64,000 nt of DNA from Eledone cirrhosa (GCA_964016885.1 OZ024742.1:38130001-38194000), one strand, 5' to 3'; positions 1-13,499 are shown, counted from the stretch's first letter. The notes: generated from the letters alone by a model not told the origin. Numbers and translations are program-made.

Positions 1-739
1 CCTGTGGCTAATAAAGAAACATATCTATTGTCTAATGACTCTGTCAATTGGCTGCCTCCTTACTTTTTATAGGATTTTCCTTGTCTTCAACCCATTTTCA
101 TTACCTACAACCTAAGAAGGTTATTTAAGCAAATAAATTTTTTTTCTAAACTAAGAAATATTAAGATTCTTAATCCGTGAATCAAAAACTGACATACAAA
201 ATAAACTGGGTGAAGGAGTTAATTCAATGTTTAATTACATTTTTTTAAATAACCTCTAGAGGCTAAAATAAAGTAAGCCATCATTTCCTTCTTGTATGTG
301 AATGATGAATTACATGAGTGAGAAGAACCGAGCAGAATGAATATTCGTGTGAAACTACAAAATACTTATATGTAAGAATGGATGTGAGTGTATATGTAAT
401 AAGAATATGAATATGTGAGGATTAGAAGGAATATGAGAGAAATTGTGACAGGAAATGAATAAGGGTTAGAAAGGGAGCAAGAGAGAATGTGTGAGAGAGA
501 AAAGGAGAGGGGGGTTGTGAATAAAGAAGAAATTGAATAGACATGGTTAAGTATGTATGAAAGTATAGCAATGGATAGTCCAGTAAATAAAAATTTAAAG
601 ATAAAATGTAATGACAAACATTATAAGATGTCAGAGTCCATTATACAATATGATAGAATTAGTATATATGAGTGGAATTAGTATATATGGAGTTTATTGG
701 ATATAGTAGAGTTTATACAATTAATGAATGAGATGAATA

Positions 740-1050
740 AATAAGTGATCATATGTAACTAGAGTGACAGGAAACAAATTGGTGAACATGTTGATTATAA
801 GTATGGCGAATGTAAGTGGTTGGGTAAGTGGAAGTGAATGAGCAAGCATGGTGAGTGGAAATAAATGAGTGAGCATGGTAAGTGTGAGTGAATAAGTGAG
901 CATGGTGAGTGAATCATTGAGCATAATGATTGGAAGTGAATGAGTGAACATGTTAAGCAGAGTGACCAAGCAAAATGAGTAGGAGAATGTAAAAAAAGCA
1001 AAAATGTTTAAGCAATCATGTGAGTGAATGAAAAGATTGAGTGTGTAAGT
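740..1050. repeat. Degenerate purine-rich tandem repeat
   Basis: Recurring GAGCATGGTGAGTG / GTGAATGAG units. Confidence 0.7.
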
Positions 1051-3470
1051 TAATAAATGATTGGAAAGGTAAGAAGAGTAAGTTTTGTGTTTAGTATTTA
1101 ATTGTGTTTATGTGTAAAATATATAACAAAAGTCAGGTATAAGAAAATAAAACTGTTTTTGGACAAATGATGACTAAACCATTTAGTCATACACCCAGAT
1201 TTAATGAACTTTAAGAAAATACTTCCGACACAGATATATAGGTTTTTAAACACCCAAACTTCAGAGATATGACCTAAAATCAAACTTTTGATGTAAGTCA
1301 AGCTTTATTAGATAAACTGTATATGAAAATAAAAACCAGAAAATGAGAAAATTTGGTCACAATTAAATTGATGTGAACAGATTAGAATCTACTAGAATCT
1401 GTTTATATACATTGTATGCTTCATGTAGGGTAAAGATATCAGAGCTAATTAGGTTTGAACATAATTTAACCAGCTAAGTATTACATATCTCTTGTCCTGA
1501 AACAAAAACATGTTATTCAAATTGAGGTTTCATTCGACCAGAGATAAATCTGTTGTTTTTATTCAAAGCAACAACAGCTCTTAGATAAGATCTACATCTT
1601 ATTAATTCTCTTGGGAGAAATAGGAGCCAAATCGTTTATCATTGGCTGGTTGTACCTGCTTTGCTGAACAAAATTAATCTCCTGCCTCCTCTAAATAATT
1701 CCTATCCTCCCAATAAGAATGCTATGTCATAAAATAATTTAACACAAATTAATATACAGTATAATTTCTATCAGTTACTAGTTTTGATTTCTTTATTCTT
1801 TGGAGTTGTTGATGTTTCTCTTATATTCTTAAACAATATTTGCACATATAGTAAACTCAGTTAGCTCTGTAGTTTATCAAAAGTGTGTAATACTAGCAGT
1901 TTTACCTCTTGGTAATCAAAGAATCTAGACGTTTGAGCATAAATGCTAAAAATGACTGCTATACATCTCATCGTACACAAAGTACAAGACAAACAGCTTT
2001 GTCACCAAATATGCTGCCTGGCAAAAACCACTCCTTGCATCAGTGCAAAGACGAAAGTTCACCTAGTATGAACATACATCCCACAACAATTCCCTGCCCA
2101 AAACTATTCTGCAGGGTACAAATGAAAGGGAGTAAAGAAGAAGCAAAAAAAATACTGGCCCAACAACATCAATGACTAGACAGGTTTCAACACTAATCCT
2201 TCTTCATATATCAGAGGATAGCAGAGACCAGTGGTAATTGCTGATTGCCAGAACATGTTGAGTGGCACTCCAAATGACTAACTGCACTGGTTATAGGATG
2301 ATGACAATGAAACAAATCAATTGTTTCTGTGGCTTTAAAGAGTGTTGATGAATATAAGTTTTTGGTGGTACAAATAAAAGTAAAAAAGGACTTGATCAAT
2401 GTTTCTTCATCCAGCTATTAATTAAATGAACATGCAGGGTCATTTTATTGTGTACTCAGCCCCAGAATATAGCTAACAGGAAGTGAAGCATGACAGTACT
2501 TTCAGAGCATAAACTCAAGGTCAGCCCTGAGTAGTACAAACTTTAATTATGCCATTGGTGAGTTTGTATCTTTTCATCTATGAGAGGTCTTTCATTCTAA
2601 GATATTTTTAATTTCCATTTTTCTATATTACACACAATTTTCTATGTTAAAATGATTATTTTTGTAACAGCAATTATTTTTTAGCTAATGAGGAAGCCTC
2701 TACATGTAAGTCCAGCCTGCTAGAAAGAGCAATTAAATAGTTATCAAATCACATCCTACCATCTAAAAAGAAATGTCCAAATAAATAATGTCCAAAATAC
2801 TTTCCGGCCAAAGAAAAAAAAAGACGGGAAGATCATGACAGAATTGTTTTTCATTGAATATTAAATCAGTAGTAAGCTGAGGTGTGTATACCAGACTTTA
2901 TGGTCTAAAACTGTAATTCTTCAAAACAAAAAATTTAGTTCGGTTCATTTTGATTTTTGTGCATGTTTAGGGAAATTTCAACAGTTGCACCTTTCCAACC
3001 ATTAACAACCTTTAACCCAACCTCTAATCAAACAAATCCGTATTATAAAGTGTACTGAATTTTATTCACATATACAGAAACTAAAATGAATGAGATCGTC
3101 AACTATCTATTTTGAAATATTCCTATTTCACCCTGTAAAGACAGGGATACCTTAGAAGGGTCTTTACAGCACAAATGGAGAAAATTGATCCCACTACCTT
3201 CAATTTTAAGTATGGAAGGATATCAGAGACATAATCAAGATTGTAAATATTTGTCAAACGATGGGACCGTCATCCTTCCAGCTAACAAGGGTTAGACGGG
3301 ACATCGCAAACCGAAGGATCGGACACCGGCATCTTGTTTATATTTATCCACACACTCTGCCGAGTGCTCGGACAGGCCAGAGTTTTGCATCACGCTTACA
3401 TTACGTTGCCAATTGTACTTTGCTCCTTTTCTAAGTCTTCATTCATTTAAGAAAAACAAGAAACAACGGC

Positions 3471-3694
3471 AATTTTTTATAATTACATACGTCTTGCATT
3501 GGAGGAGAAATTTATGTTTATCCTATGTTTTTTTTTAATATGTTTTGAATGAATATGACCTTCAAATCCGTCGGAAATCATTCATTAACTGACAAATTAA
3601 TAATTTCCCATGGATTTGAAGGTGAAATTTGTTTAAAGCATATGAAAAACATAAATTATACCTCGAACATGAATGGAGTGTAATTGTAAAAATT
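3471..3694. repeat. Long imperfect palindrome (old fold-back MITE)
   Basis: ACCTTCAAATCC / GGATTTGAAGGT and AATTTATGTTT / AAACATAAATT are symmetric about roughly 3590. Confidence 0.7.
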
Positions 3695-3743
3695 CACTAC
3701 AATAAATATTTCACATAATAAATAGGAAGAAAGAAAAAATTAA

Positions 3744-3924
3744 ATAATTGTTTCTACTTTTGGCACAAGGCCAGCAATTACCCAGTACATTACTGGTACT
3801 TTATTTTATCGACCCCGCAAGGATGAAAGGCAAAGTTAACCTTGGCGGGATTTGAACTCAGACCGTAAAGGGACGTAACTATGCTGGAAAGCATGGCGTC
3901 CGACTCTCTACTGATACTGCCAAT
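3744..3924 (-). mobile_element. tRNA-derived SINE with a Meta/MESC-like central domain (copies also near 6474-6625, 7700-8010, 8224-8630, 27487-27595 and 30612-30730 on minus; 24516-24720 and 38817-39000 on plus)
   Basis: B-box GAGTTCAAATC, CCTTTCATCC...GGGGTCGATAAAATAAAGTACCAG and shared tail TTGCTGGCCTTGTGCC...AGAAAC. Confidence 0.85.
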
Positions 3925-4218
3925 AAGAAAAAGAGGCGGCACTAGATGGCAAAAATATCACTACATGAGCCACTTCAACTCACAGAGTTCTTTCCTCGAA
4001 CAGGATGACTTCCTGAATTTAGTAAGAGAAAACGGCAGTCCGAGAACACCGAGGTATCGACGGCAATCAGTCAAATCCCAGTGACGTAAGAAAACCTTCA
4101 TTGTCACCTTTTTAGTTTTGGCTTTTTTTTTGCTTTTGTTACAGTCAGAACCACGGCCCATTTTTATATATGTAAAAGGAATATATCCAAATAACGAAAT
4201 AACATAAACTGTCCTTGT

Positions 4219-4350
4219 CATCCATGAGCTCGGCTGGTCTCGCTTGGGGATCCAGCCGGATCAATTGGAGACGATCGTCTGACAGAACCCGCCGCAAGGA
4301 GTGTTTGAAAACTCTTCCCCTACGACCCTCTCTCTCTCAAGAAGAAGAAC
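4219..4350 (+). mobile_element. Short LINE (RTE-like) 3' end with (AAG)n tail; same family as 59779-59909
   Basis: CATCCATGAG...GGGGATCCAGCCGGATCA...CAAGAAGAAG is shared between the two sites. Confidence 0.7.
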
Positions 4351-4474
4351 AATAAAAACAAGTCCTTTTTAATATACTCCAAACCAAGAGAGAAGAAAAA
4401 AAAACCTGGAAGATTCTGCACCGCTAAAATATGGTAGACAATAAACCTTAGTATATAAGAGAATTCTCAATAAC

Positions 4475-4651
4475 AGATCTCGAAATAAGAAAACGAAAAT
4501 ATCTCGTCTGATTTACCGGATTAATTGCAGATATACACATTAAAGTTCATTGAGGTTAACGTTCCCAAATCGGCTCGTGTGAGAGGGCGGAGCGTGCGAA
4601 GTGAATCTGCTGAATGCGACGAGATATTTTCATTTTCTTATTTCGTGATCT
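4475..4651. repeat. Inverted repeat / MITE with 34-bp arms
   Basis: 4475-4508 matches the reverse complement of 4618-4651 with 2 mismatches. Confidence 0.8.
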
Positions 4652-7600
4652 AATGTCAATGACACACACAGTCTATGACTATATCATGTAAATTCTCTAT
4701 TACTATTGCATATTTTCTCTCTGAATGTGTTGGTGAACCAATGGTTTAACAGAGCTCATGTTCGTCTTTGAATTTCGTATTGAAACAGTTTCACTTATAT
4801 TGCTGAAGATCTTGATTAAGTCAAATCAACCTACCGTAATCCTTCCTATAAATCTGAAAACATCATTGTATATGTAAATACAATATACGATAATAAAAGT
4901 ATTGAAATTTTTCATCATTTTTTATTTTATCACCCACAATCTACACAAGGGAAAATGTTTCTCAGTAATATTTCATTGAAAAATATGTATTTTTAAGTGA
5001 GTTAAGAAACAACATCGTCGGGACACTAAACTATACTTATATTGTTTCAGTAATGTCAATCACAAACGATCCCTGATGCCTTGATGTCAATCTTTGACTT
5101 GGCCTCGGACACTCGACCATAAATATTTTATTTTCTACTAATTTATTGTCGTAATTAATTAATTGAATTCTTTAAAGGGAATCGATTCCTTAGTGTGTTC
5201 GATCAAAGCTGACTTTGAGTTAAAACAATTTGAATGTTTACGGCATTTTTATTTGATATTTCACGATTATGAAATTAAATTATGTCAGAATTAACTTAGC
5301 ATGTAAGTTGTTAGTCACTGCAATATGTACCAATTTTACTTCCGTTTCACTTGTTCTTTTAAGTAATGGTTTGTCTCAAAATAATATTAGTAGTACTGCT
5401 ATTCAGATCATGGGGGGGCAGCCGGTATTTTGTTCCAAGAGCTCAGAAGGCCCCACAGCAACCATGCAACATCTATTTTCAGAAAAATCTTTGCCTGCTT
5501 CGGGCCCCTAAGATGTCTTGTACCGTCTTGTAAAATTTCTCTTGGAGGCCCTACTGCTACTACTACCAAATAAAATCAATTGGTGTACAGTAATAATTAT
5601 TTAAACAAATAGAATTAATAAACGCACAGAAAAAACGGGCTGTGCTCCAATTAGGTTTTATCTGTGATGGCTAAATCTAAAAAAAAAAAAAAAGATTTAA
5701 CCACCACATTGTTTAAGATAATTTCAATCAATAACCATTTGCTAATGCAACTGGAAAATGCGTGAATGTTCCTCTCTCGCTTTTTAACTTCTTAAAACAC
5801 ACAAGTTTCAAGACTATATTCCCATATAATTGAATACGGAATTCAAGATAAATGTAATATGAGCTGGTTCGTAAGATCTACATCAAAATGTAATTTTGAT
5901 TTGAAATGGATAAAGTATGCTAAAATTAAATTTAAAAAATACTGTGAAGCAGTAATAATAATGATGATATAAGATCATAGTAACTCACCTGGGTTCCCCA
6001 AATATGTCGCATTTCTTGAAATGTTTGTCGAGAATACACTGCAGTATGAATGAAGTTTCCGACTGGTTGAGCAGACGATAAAGATTATATATTTCTGTTG
6101 TTTATTTTTAGTTTGTATTTTTTAACTGAATTGAAAATAATCTAAAGGAAGAGACGTCACTGACATAAATGTATAAATAATACATGCCAATAAACAACCG
6201 ACCTGTTTTGTTTAGTTTGTTATGATAAACTGTCATGGCGTCTTTGTTTTCTATTTTTTCTTTTTTCCTACAAAACATTTTCTGTGGCGGGAAAATGACG
6301 ACCAAACTTAATTAACTTAATTAGTTTTTTTACTTTGTATCGACGTATTCCTGAAATTCTTTCGAGATAATTCATTATAGTAATATTTAAAAGGATAAAG
6401 AGAATAAAATAAACACTTTTAATGTCGTCTGCTACAAAATAGCGTGAGAAGAGTTCAAGCAACAAGCATGTTAATAATTGTTTCTACTTTTGGCACGAGG
6501 CCAGCAATTTGAAGGGAAGGGGAAATTCGTTTAAATCGACCCAGTGCGTTACTGGTGCTTTATTTTATCGACCCTGTATGGATGAAAGGCAAAGCTAACC
6601 TCTGTGGGATTTGAATTCGATAGCAGTGTCTAACAAGATAGACATGCAATGGCGGGAATATCTGAACTTATTTGGAGTAATGGATATAATTCAACCCTAG
6701 ATAACATATTTAATAAAAGAACAAAATATTGTATAAATCCAGCAAATTTAATAGAACTTGAAACAATTCAGATTACCGCTCTTACGTTTAACAATCTAAA
6801 GATTGAAGATTTAACCATGTTAAATGTGTAGCTAATAAAATACTTCAACAGCATTTCATTCACATCGTCTCAGTGACAGTTAGAGATATACCAGGATATT
6901 ATTGAAATAACATGTTGTGCTGATGAAGTTTTAAAAATGAACGAAAAATATAATAAGAAAGATGCAAAAATAAACAAAAAATAAATTCAAGTGCTGATAT
7001 TAAATCACACTCTTCCGTCTGTTGTATCGAAGGAACACCAACAGTAATGAAAATGGGTTTTAGGAACTAGTACGAAACGCTAAGGTCTACGAGACTATAA
7101 AGGAAACTTTATAGTCTTAAAATGTGTTAACTAGGCGGAATCCATCTTCATACTAACTACACAGGTCAAGCTGTATGGACAAGAACAAATTCCATGGAAC
7201 AAAAACCTCCTCAATTAAAGTGCAAAGTATAAGGCTGCCTTGGTTAAAATTTCTTCGAGAAAGTAATTTTTCAAAGATGTTTTATATTTTTACAAAATAT
7301 TTTTCTTGAAAAGTAATAAAAGAAATACTGTTATAGGAATGAAGTCATACTTTTTTGTGGGATGAGGTGTCAGTTGATTAAAAGGAGCTTCATACTTACT
7401 GTACTTTACATTTTAAAACTCTCGGGCAAAAGTATTTGAAAGTTTAATATATTGGCCCCGAATGTAATGCTGTTGAAATTCCAAGTGCCGACCGATCAAC
7501 TGGTTGCGCAGTAACATCAATTTAGTTATCTGAGATCTAAAGATCTAACCCTTAAAGAGCTACCGGTGCACTGCCAAAGTTAATCTTATGTGTAGTCCAA

Positions 7601-7719
7601 CCTGATAGGGAATCGCTTATACAAATAAATGAAGTAAAATAGCTCAACTGCGAATTGAACTTGCAATGTAAGACATAGTCTACTAATATAATTCTAGGAT
7701 GCTTTAAATCGACCTTGTA

Positions 7720-7910
7720 CAGGGTGGTTCGAAAGTCTTGTCACCCGCTACCATGTCTTTGTCCATGTCGTTATCGCTTAGTTCGTTGGCTTAAACGATT
7801 AAAATTATTATATATTATAATTAATGATATTATATATTATATTATCAAAACAAAACATAATGAAAGTTAAAACAATATGTAGGGGGTGACAAGACTTTCG
7901 GACCACCCTG
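7720..7910. mobile_element. Tc1/mariner MITE nested in a SINE
   Basis: TIR CAGGGTGGTTCGAAAGTCTTGTCACCC and its reverse complement; TA TSD. Confidence 0.9.
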
Positions 7911-8260
7911 TACTAACCTGCTACTTTATTTGATCGACCCGTGAAGAATGTAAAACAAAGTTGGCCTCGGCGGGATTTGAAATCAGAACATAAAGGGCTG
8001 TATCTAAATACTATAGTTAAAAATGTATGCTAGTGGTTTCTTAAATAGGCATAAGGCTCATATTTGAAATAGTAGATAACTGCAACCAGGAAATAATTAT
8101 TAAACATGAAGTTTATTATTAGACAATACTGAACTAAAAAAAACATTATTTGAAGTAACACTGGTTCCACCAACTGGCTTATTATTAAACATAATTGTGG
8201 AAGGATATCAAAGATATAACCGATAATTGTTTCTATTTTAGGCACAAGGCCAGCAATTAC

Positions 8261-8555
8261 CCAGTACATTACTGGTACTTTATTTTATCGACCCCGTAAG
8301 GATGAAAGATATAATCGATAATGGTTTCTGATTTAGGCACAAGGTCAACAATTTTAGAGAAGGGAAAAGTCGATTAAATCGACTCCAGTACATTACTGGT
8401 ACTTTATTTTATCGACCCCGTAAGGATGAAAGATATAATCGATAATGGTTTCTGATTTAGGCACAAGGTCAACAATTTTAGAGAAGGGAAAAGTCGATTA
8501 AATCGACTCCAGTGCATTACTGGTACTTTATTTTATCGACCCCCGTAAGGATGAA
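8261..8555. repeat. Near-perfect 124-bp tandem duplication within a SINE cluster
   Basis: CCAGT(A/G)CATTACTGG recurs at 8261, 8385 and 8509. Confidence 0.9.
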
Positions 8556-8865
8556 AAGAAAAGCTAACATTGGCGGAATTTGAATTCAGAACGTAAAGGG
8601 TCGTAACTCAATGCCGCACATACTGCCAATCCTCGATAATACGGAATATTTCGATAGAAAGTACCACGATACAATAAAAACACTTGCTCAACTTTTTAAA
8701 CACACTTGATCTCTGGCATTCAGAAATGATCTGTCCAGGTTGTCCAAGGGAACGTTTTCGATTATGCCTTAGCTACTTTTTCATACTAAAGTTTAATGAC
8801 TGTGAATCGATGGGATCAGTATTCAACAGTTGTGTCGTCTTTTTTTAGTCTTCACATTTATTATA

Positions 8866-11800
8866 TGTGGGTATGGTGTGGTGTGCGGTGGTCGGAGGCT
8901 GGGGAATGTTCGACTGGAAGGGTGCTCGACCGGAAGAGCCAGCATGTCTGCCTCTCTCGAGGGTGGTCAGCGAAGGTGGTGAACGTCAGTTTTGGAGCTC
9001 CCGGTTAACGAGTTGGATTGTACGCACGTGGGAGAGCAGAAACCAGCCATTGGATTACCGCTGCCAGCAATAAGCGGTAAGTGAAGTAGCTTTTTCTAAC
9101 CACAAACTATTTCGGCACTGGAAGACGATTAAAAAAAAAAAAACTTTCTCGAAAACAAAGCTACTGAAGAACAGAGACGAGTCTGTTGTTTTTTATTACT
9201 TACCACAGGACAAAATTAGGATATGGCGACGAGATTACGAATGAGCGGAGAAGCGATTAGAGCATTTACTGGTGAAGGCGACGTTGTCGCCTGGTTGCGA
9301 AAAGTCCGGCTGGTCGCAAGCTTACAGAAGATAGATGTGGCTGGCCTCGTGGTACTGTACCTCGAAGGGGAAGCGTTGGCACTCTTCCTAGAGATGGATG
9401 AACATAGCCAAAGGGATGCGCAAAAGATTGAGAGGCGTATGATGGAAGCGTTCGCGGAAGGACCGTTAGCCATTTTTGCTAAGCTGGCAAGGATTAGATG
9501 GAACGGTGAACGCATTGACATTTTCGCAGCGGAAATACGGCGATTGGCCATGTTGGCTGGATATCAGGTTGAATGCGAACGCACGAAACTGCAGCAAGAC
9601 CCGGGTTACAAGGAAATGGAGATGCATGCACTGGTGGAACAAGACCGCATCATAGCAGAAGATACCAAGAAGAGTGTCGCGGCGATAGCAATGACAGAAG
9701 CCCAAGGCAGCCAGCAGCGAAATGGTGAAAGGGAGGCAACCACGGCACGCGGTCACCCGCGAACGTTTAGAGGTCGTTGTTTTAGGTGCCAGGGCCCGCA
9801 CAGGGCGAGAGACTGTAGAGAGTCAAGGCTGGACAAAATATGCTACCGGTGTAAGCGACGAGGCCACATCGCTACTAGCTGCGACCAGGGAAACGATCCA
9901 AGGGGAACTACTGCGCCGGTAGCTGCCCCTTACGAGTAGAGGCGCTGCTCGTGGTGAAAGTCTTCGTGAGGGGAAAGCCACAGCGAGCCCTCGTGGACAC
10001 GGGCTGTACGACGACACTGGTGACCGCGGAGGTGGAGAGGGAAGAGCAGCGTAAGGGCAGTTGACGGTAGGAAAATTGAATGCCGAGGTCGCAGCGAGGT
10101 GGAGATGGCGGTACGGGGAAAGAAAATAAGGCTTTTTGCCATCGTAGTCGACAACGTGGTGGATGGGATCGGCGTATTTATGGGCATGGACGCAATTGGC
10201 CGTCTAGGAGGTGTCACAGTGAACAATGTCGGTGTGTCGTTTGGCGGCGCCGCATCGGTATGCACAGTGCGTATGCGACAGGAGAACCAGAAGGCCCACG
10301 AGGAGAAATATTCCGCTGTACAGGACAAAGACTTCAAGGCCGTGTTCGATGGGCTGTTGAGTGGTACTGGAAGGGAGAACCACCAACACTGAAGACCAAA
10401 GTAGGCTGCTATCAACACACATTGAAGGGAGACATTAGGATAGAGTTTGAGCGAGAGGTAGAGAGATGGATTGAAGAGGGCATACTGCTTCCCTGGAAAG
10501 AGGAGGTGAAGTGTGGAGTATTGCCGTTAATGGTGGCGGCGCAACCCACGAAGAACAAGGTGAGGGTCGTACTGGACTTTCGGGAGCTGAACGAGCACGT
10601 GTCATGCTACACGGGTGGCGAGATCACGGATGTCTGTGGGGAAACCCTGCGTGAGTGGAGGCGCATGACGGGGGCCACCGCAATCGTAGATCTAAAGTTG
10701 GCATACTTACAATTACTCATAGATGAGAAGCTCTGGCAGTATCAGCTGGTCAGGTATAAGGGCCGGACATATTGCCTGACCAGGCTCGGTTTCGAGCTGA
10801 GCTCTGCACCGTAGATCATGGCGGCGGTCCTCAAGACCATTCTGGGAAAAGCCGACAAGATGAAGAGGGCCACTAATTCCTACATTGACAACATCCTAGT
10901 GGACGAGTCTGTAGTGTCGGCGGCGGATGTCACGAGCCATTTACAGGGGTATGGACTGGCTGCGAAGCCGTCAGAAGCGTTGGAGGGAGGATCCGCGCTG
11001 GGACTTGGGCTACGGCGAGACAGGACGGGGGTGTTAGTATTCCAGAGGGGAAATGAAGTTCCAGAACTGGGCCCAAGTAAGAGTAGGCGGGAGCTTTTCT
11101 CAGCGTGTGAAAAGTTGGTGGGTCACTACCCGATTGTTGGGTGGCTCCGGACGGCATGCAGCTATGTCAAGAGACGAGCGGGTGAGGTGACTTGGAGTGA
11201 CAGAGTGGGAGAGAGGACGGTGGCTATGATGCAGGAGATCGTGGAGAGGGTGAAGGCCGACGACCCAGTGCGGGGATGCTGGTATGTTCCCTAATCGCAG
11301 AGCGGGACCATATGGTGCGATGCCAGCAGCATAGCGCTAGGTGTCACGTTGGAGATAGGAGGTGTTGAGGTTGAGGATGCAGCCTGGTTTAGGAAGAAGG
11401 ACGATTGCAACCACATCAATGTGGCCGAACTGGACGCGGTGTTGAGAGGGGTGAACCACGCCCCGAGGTGGGGACTGTGCACCATCGAGATTCGCACCGA
11501 CTCGGCTACTGTACTCGGATGGGTGAGATCAGTGCTCACCAGTGAGAAGAGAGTGCGAACGAGAGGGGCGGCGGAGATGCTGATAAAGCGCCACCTGGGA
11601 ACTTTAGGAGAGCTGGCCACCGAGTTCGACTTGAGGCTGAGCGTAGTTTTCGTGCCCTCAGAGAAAAATAGGGCGGACGTTTTAACCAGGGTGAAGAAAG
11701 CCTGGATGGAAGCACCGGAAGATGTAGAAGAGGAGATAGCTGACCGAGTCGGATCTGAAAGGGTTGCATGACATGCACCACATGGGAGTGGATAGGATTC

Positions 11801-12919
11801 TGTTCCTAGCCAGGAGAATCGACTCGGACGTTAGCAGACACAGTGTTCAAATAGTGGTTAGAGGCTGCGTCCGATGTCAGTCCATTGATACCGCCCTGGG
11901 TGTGCACGAAACGGGAAGCCTCCCGGTGGATCGCGACTGGAAGCGATTGGCGGAACATACCTCTCAATAGTCGACTGTGGACCAGGACGGATGGCGATAT
12001 GGAGGGAGATGAAGACTGGAACGGCCGAGGAAATCACGCGGACGTTGAGAGAGGTGTTCTTGGAGCGAGGCCCTGTGGACGAACTGCTGATGGACAACAG
12101 CGCAGCCTTCTGCTCGGAGGCGCTCAGAGAGATGCTTGATGAATGGAAGGTGGACCGTTTCTTCAGAGCAGCGTACAGGCCGAGCGGAAATGGAATCGTG
12201 GAGCGAGACCACCGGACGATCAAAGCAATGGCGGAGCGGGGCCACATCTCACCAATGGAGGCAGTGTTCTGGTACAACATGTCTCCTCGGGTGGGACAGG
12301 TTGAGGAATCGGTGCCACACAGAGCAGTATTCAGATACGAGTGGCGGCACCCGTGCACGCCACCACAACGGCCAGTGGAGAGAGAGAATGCATTCGTGCA
12401 GGTGGGCGAAGAAGTCTGGGTTAAGCCCCCAGATGCACATTGCACATCTCAATGGGGAAGATGACGGACGTAAATTCCCAGAACAATGTGTCCGTGGACG
12501 AAGTACCACGTCATGTCCTGGATGTTCGTAGAATTACTGTGTCAACGGACTCCGAGGAAGAGGAAACCCAAAGTGCCGCCCCAACACTGCAGAGATCGCA
12601 AAGAAGTCGCAAACCACCAACCTGGACAGCAGACTTTCATATGCAGCAGGACGAGGGGAAAATTTATCCTTGAGATCAGGGGGACGTGTGGGTATGGTGT
12701 GGTGTGCGGAGGCTGGGGAATGTTCGACCGGAAGAGTGCTTGACCGGAAGGGCCAGCAGGTCTGCCTCTCTCGGGGGGTGGTCAGCGAAGGTGGTGGACG
12801 TCAGTTTTGGAGCTCCCGGTTAACGAGTTGGATTGTACGCACATGGGAGAGCAGAAACCAGCCATTGGATTACCGCTGCCAGCAATAAGCGATAAGTGAA
12901 GTAGCTTTTTCTAACCACA
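8866..12919 (+). mobile_element. Compact (4.05 kb) Gypsy/Ty3-type LTR retrotransposon, full boundaries, ORFs decayed
   Basis: LTRs 8866-9104 and 12687-12919 (TG...CA, about 9 substitutions and 2 indels); TSD TTATA; PPT before the 3' LTR. Gag with two Zn knuckles (9223-9939), protease LVDTG, RT YIDN, RNase H WCDAS, integrase MDN...GNGIVER; several stops and frameshifts. Confidence 0.95.
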
Positions 12920-13139
12920 TTATACAAAGCATATAAATAAATTTACAGTAGAATAACATAACAAATGTTTTAAATATATACATAAATAACATTACAAATG
13001 CTTAGATAACATTATAAATTGCTCGCGATTCTTTCAGAAGGATATATTCTTTTAATGTTGCAATATTAAAGAAAATGTAAAGGAAGGGGCGAACAACTGA
13101 GCCAACACCAGAGCAAAAGACAGCAACGTCGCGAGTACT

Positions 13140-13262
13140 GGGCAACCTCTCTGGTGATTTTTTTAGGCAAGCCAACACACTCGCAGCGTTGCCTCGGGTG
13201 ATGGCGAGGTTAATGCGCTGGAACAACCAAGCGCTCTCGCGAGATTCGCCAGTGAAGAGAGG
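13140..13262 (-). mobile_element. CRE-clade non-LTR 3' remnant
   Basis: TGESRESAWLFQRINLAITRGNAASVLA is typical of the C-terminus of CRE-like elements. Confidence 0.7.
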
Positions 13263-13499
13263 AACCTCGCATAATTTTATTTTTATGTTAGTCACTTAAA
13301 TTTGTTGCATGTAATTTTTGAAAAATATACGTAAAATTTTGTATTGTATTAAATATTTTTTTCAGCCGCGTGAAGACAAGAACCTCACAGTTAGCGGCCC
13401 AACTCCCCCAAACGACAGAAAAAAATGTGAAGACATGCCCATACCCCAGATACATATCAAAACAGGGAATGCTGGTGTTTCCCTAAAAATAATACGAGA

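Noticed and set aside
366-1301. Hydrophobic short ORFs (also 14896-15273, 25551-25955 and 30150-30428)
   Set aside because: They arise from low-complexity or satellite sequence.
6915-6960. Hammerhead at CTGATGAAGTT...AACGAAA
   Set aside because: No convincing stem I, stem III or cleavage triplet.
8261-8555. CRISPR-like array
   Set aside because: The units are identical SINE-derived duplicates with no unique spacers, in a eukaryotic context.
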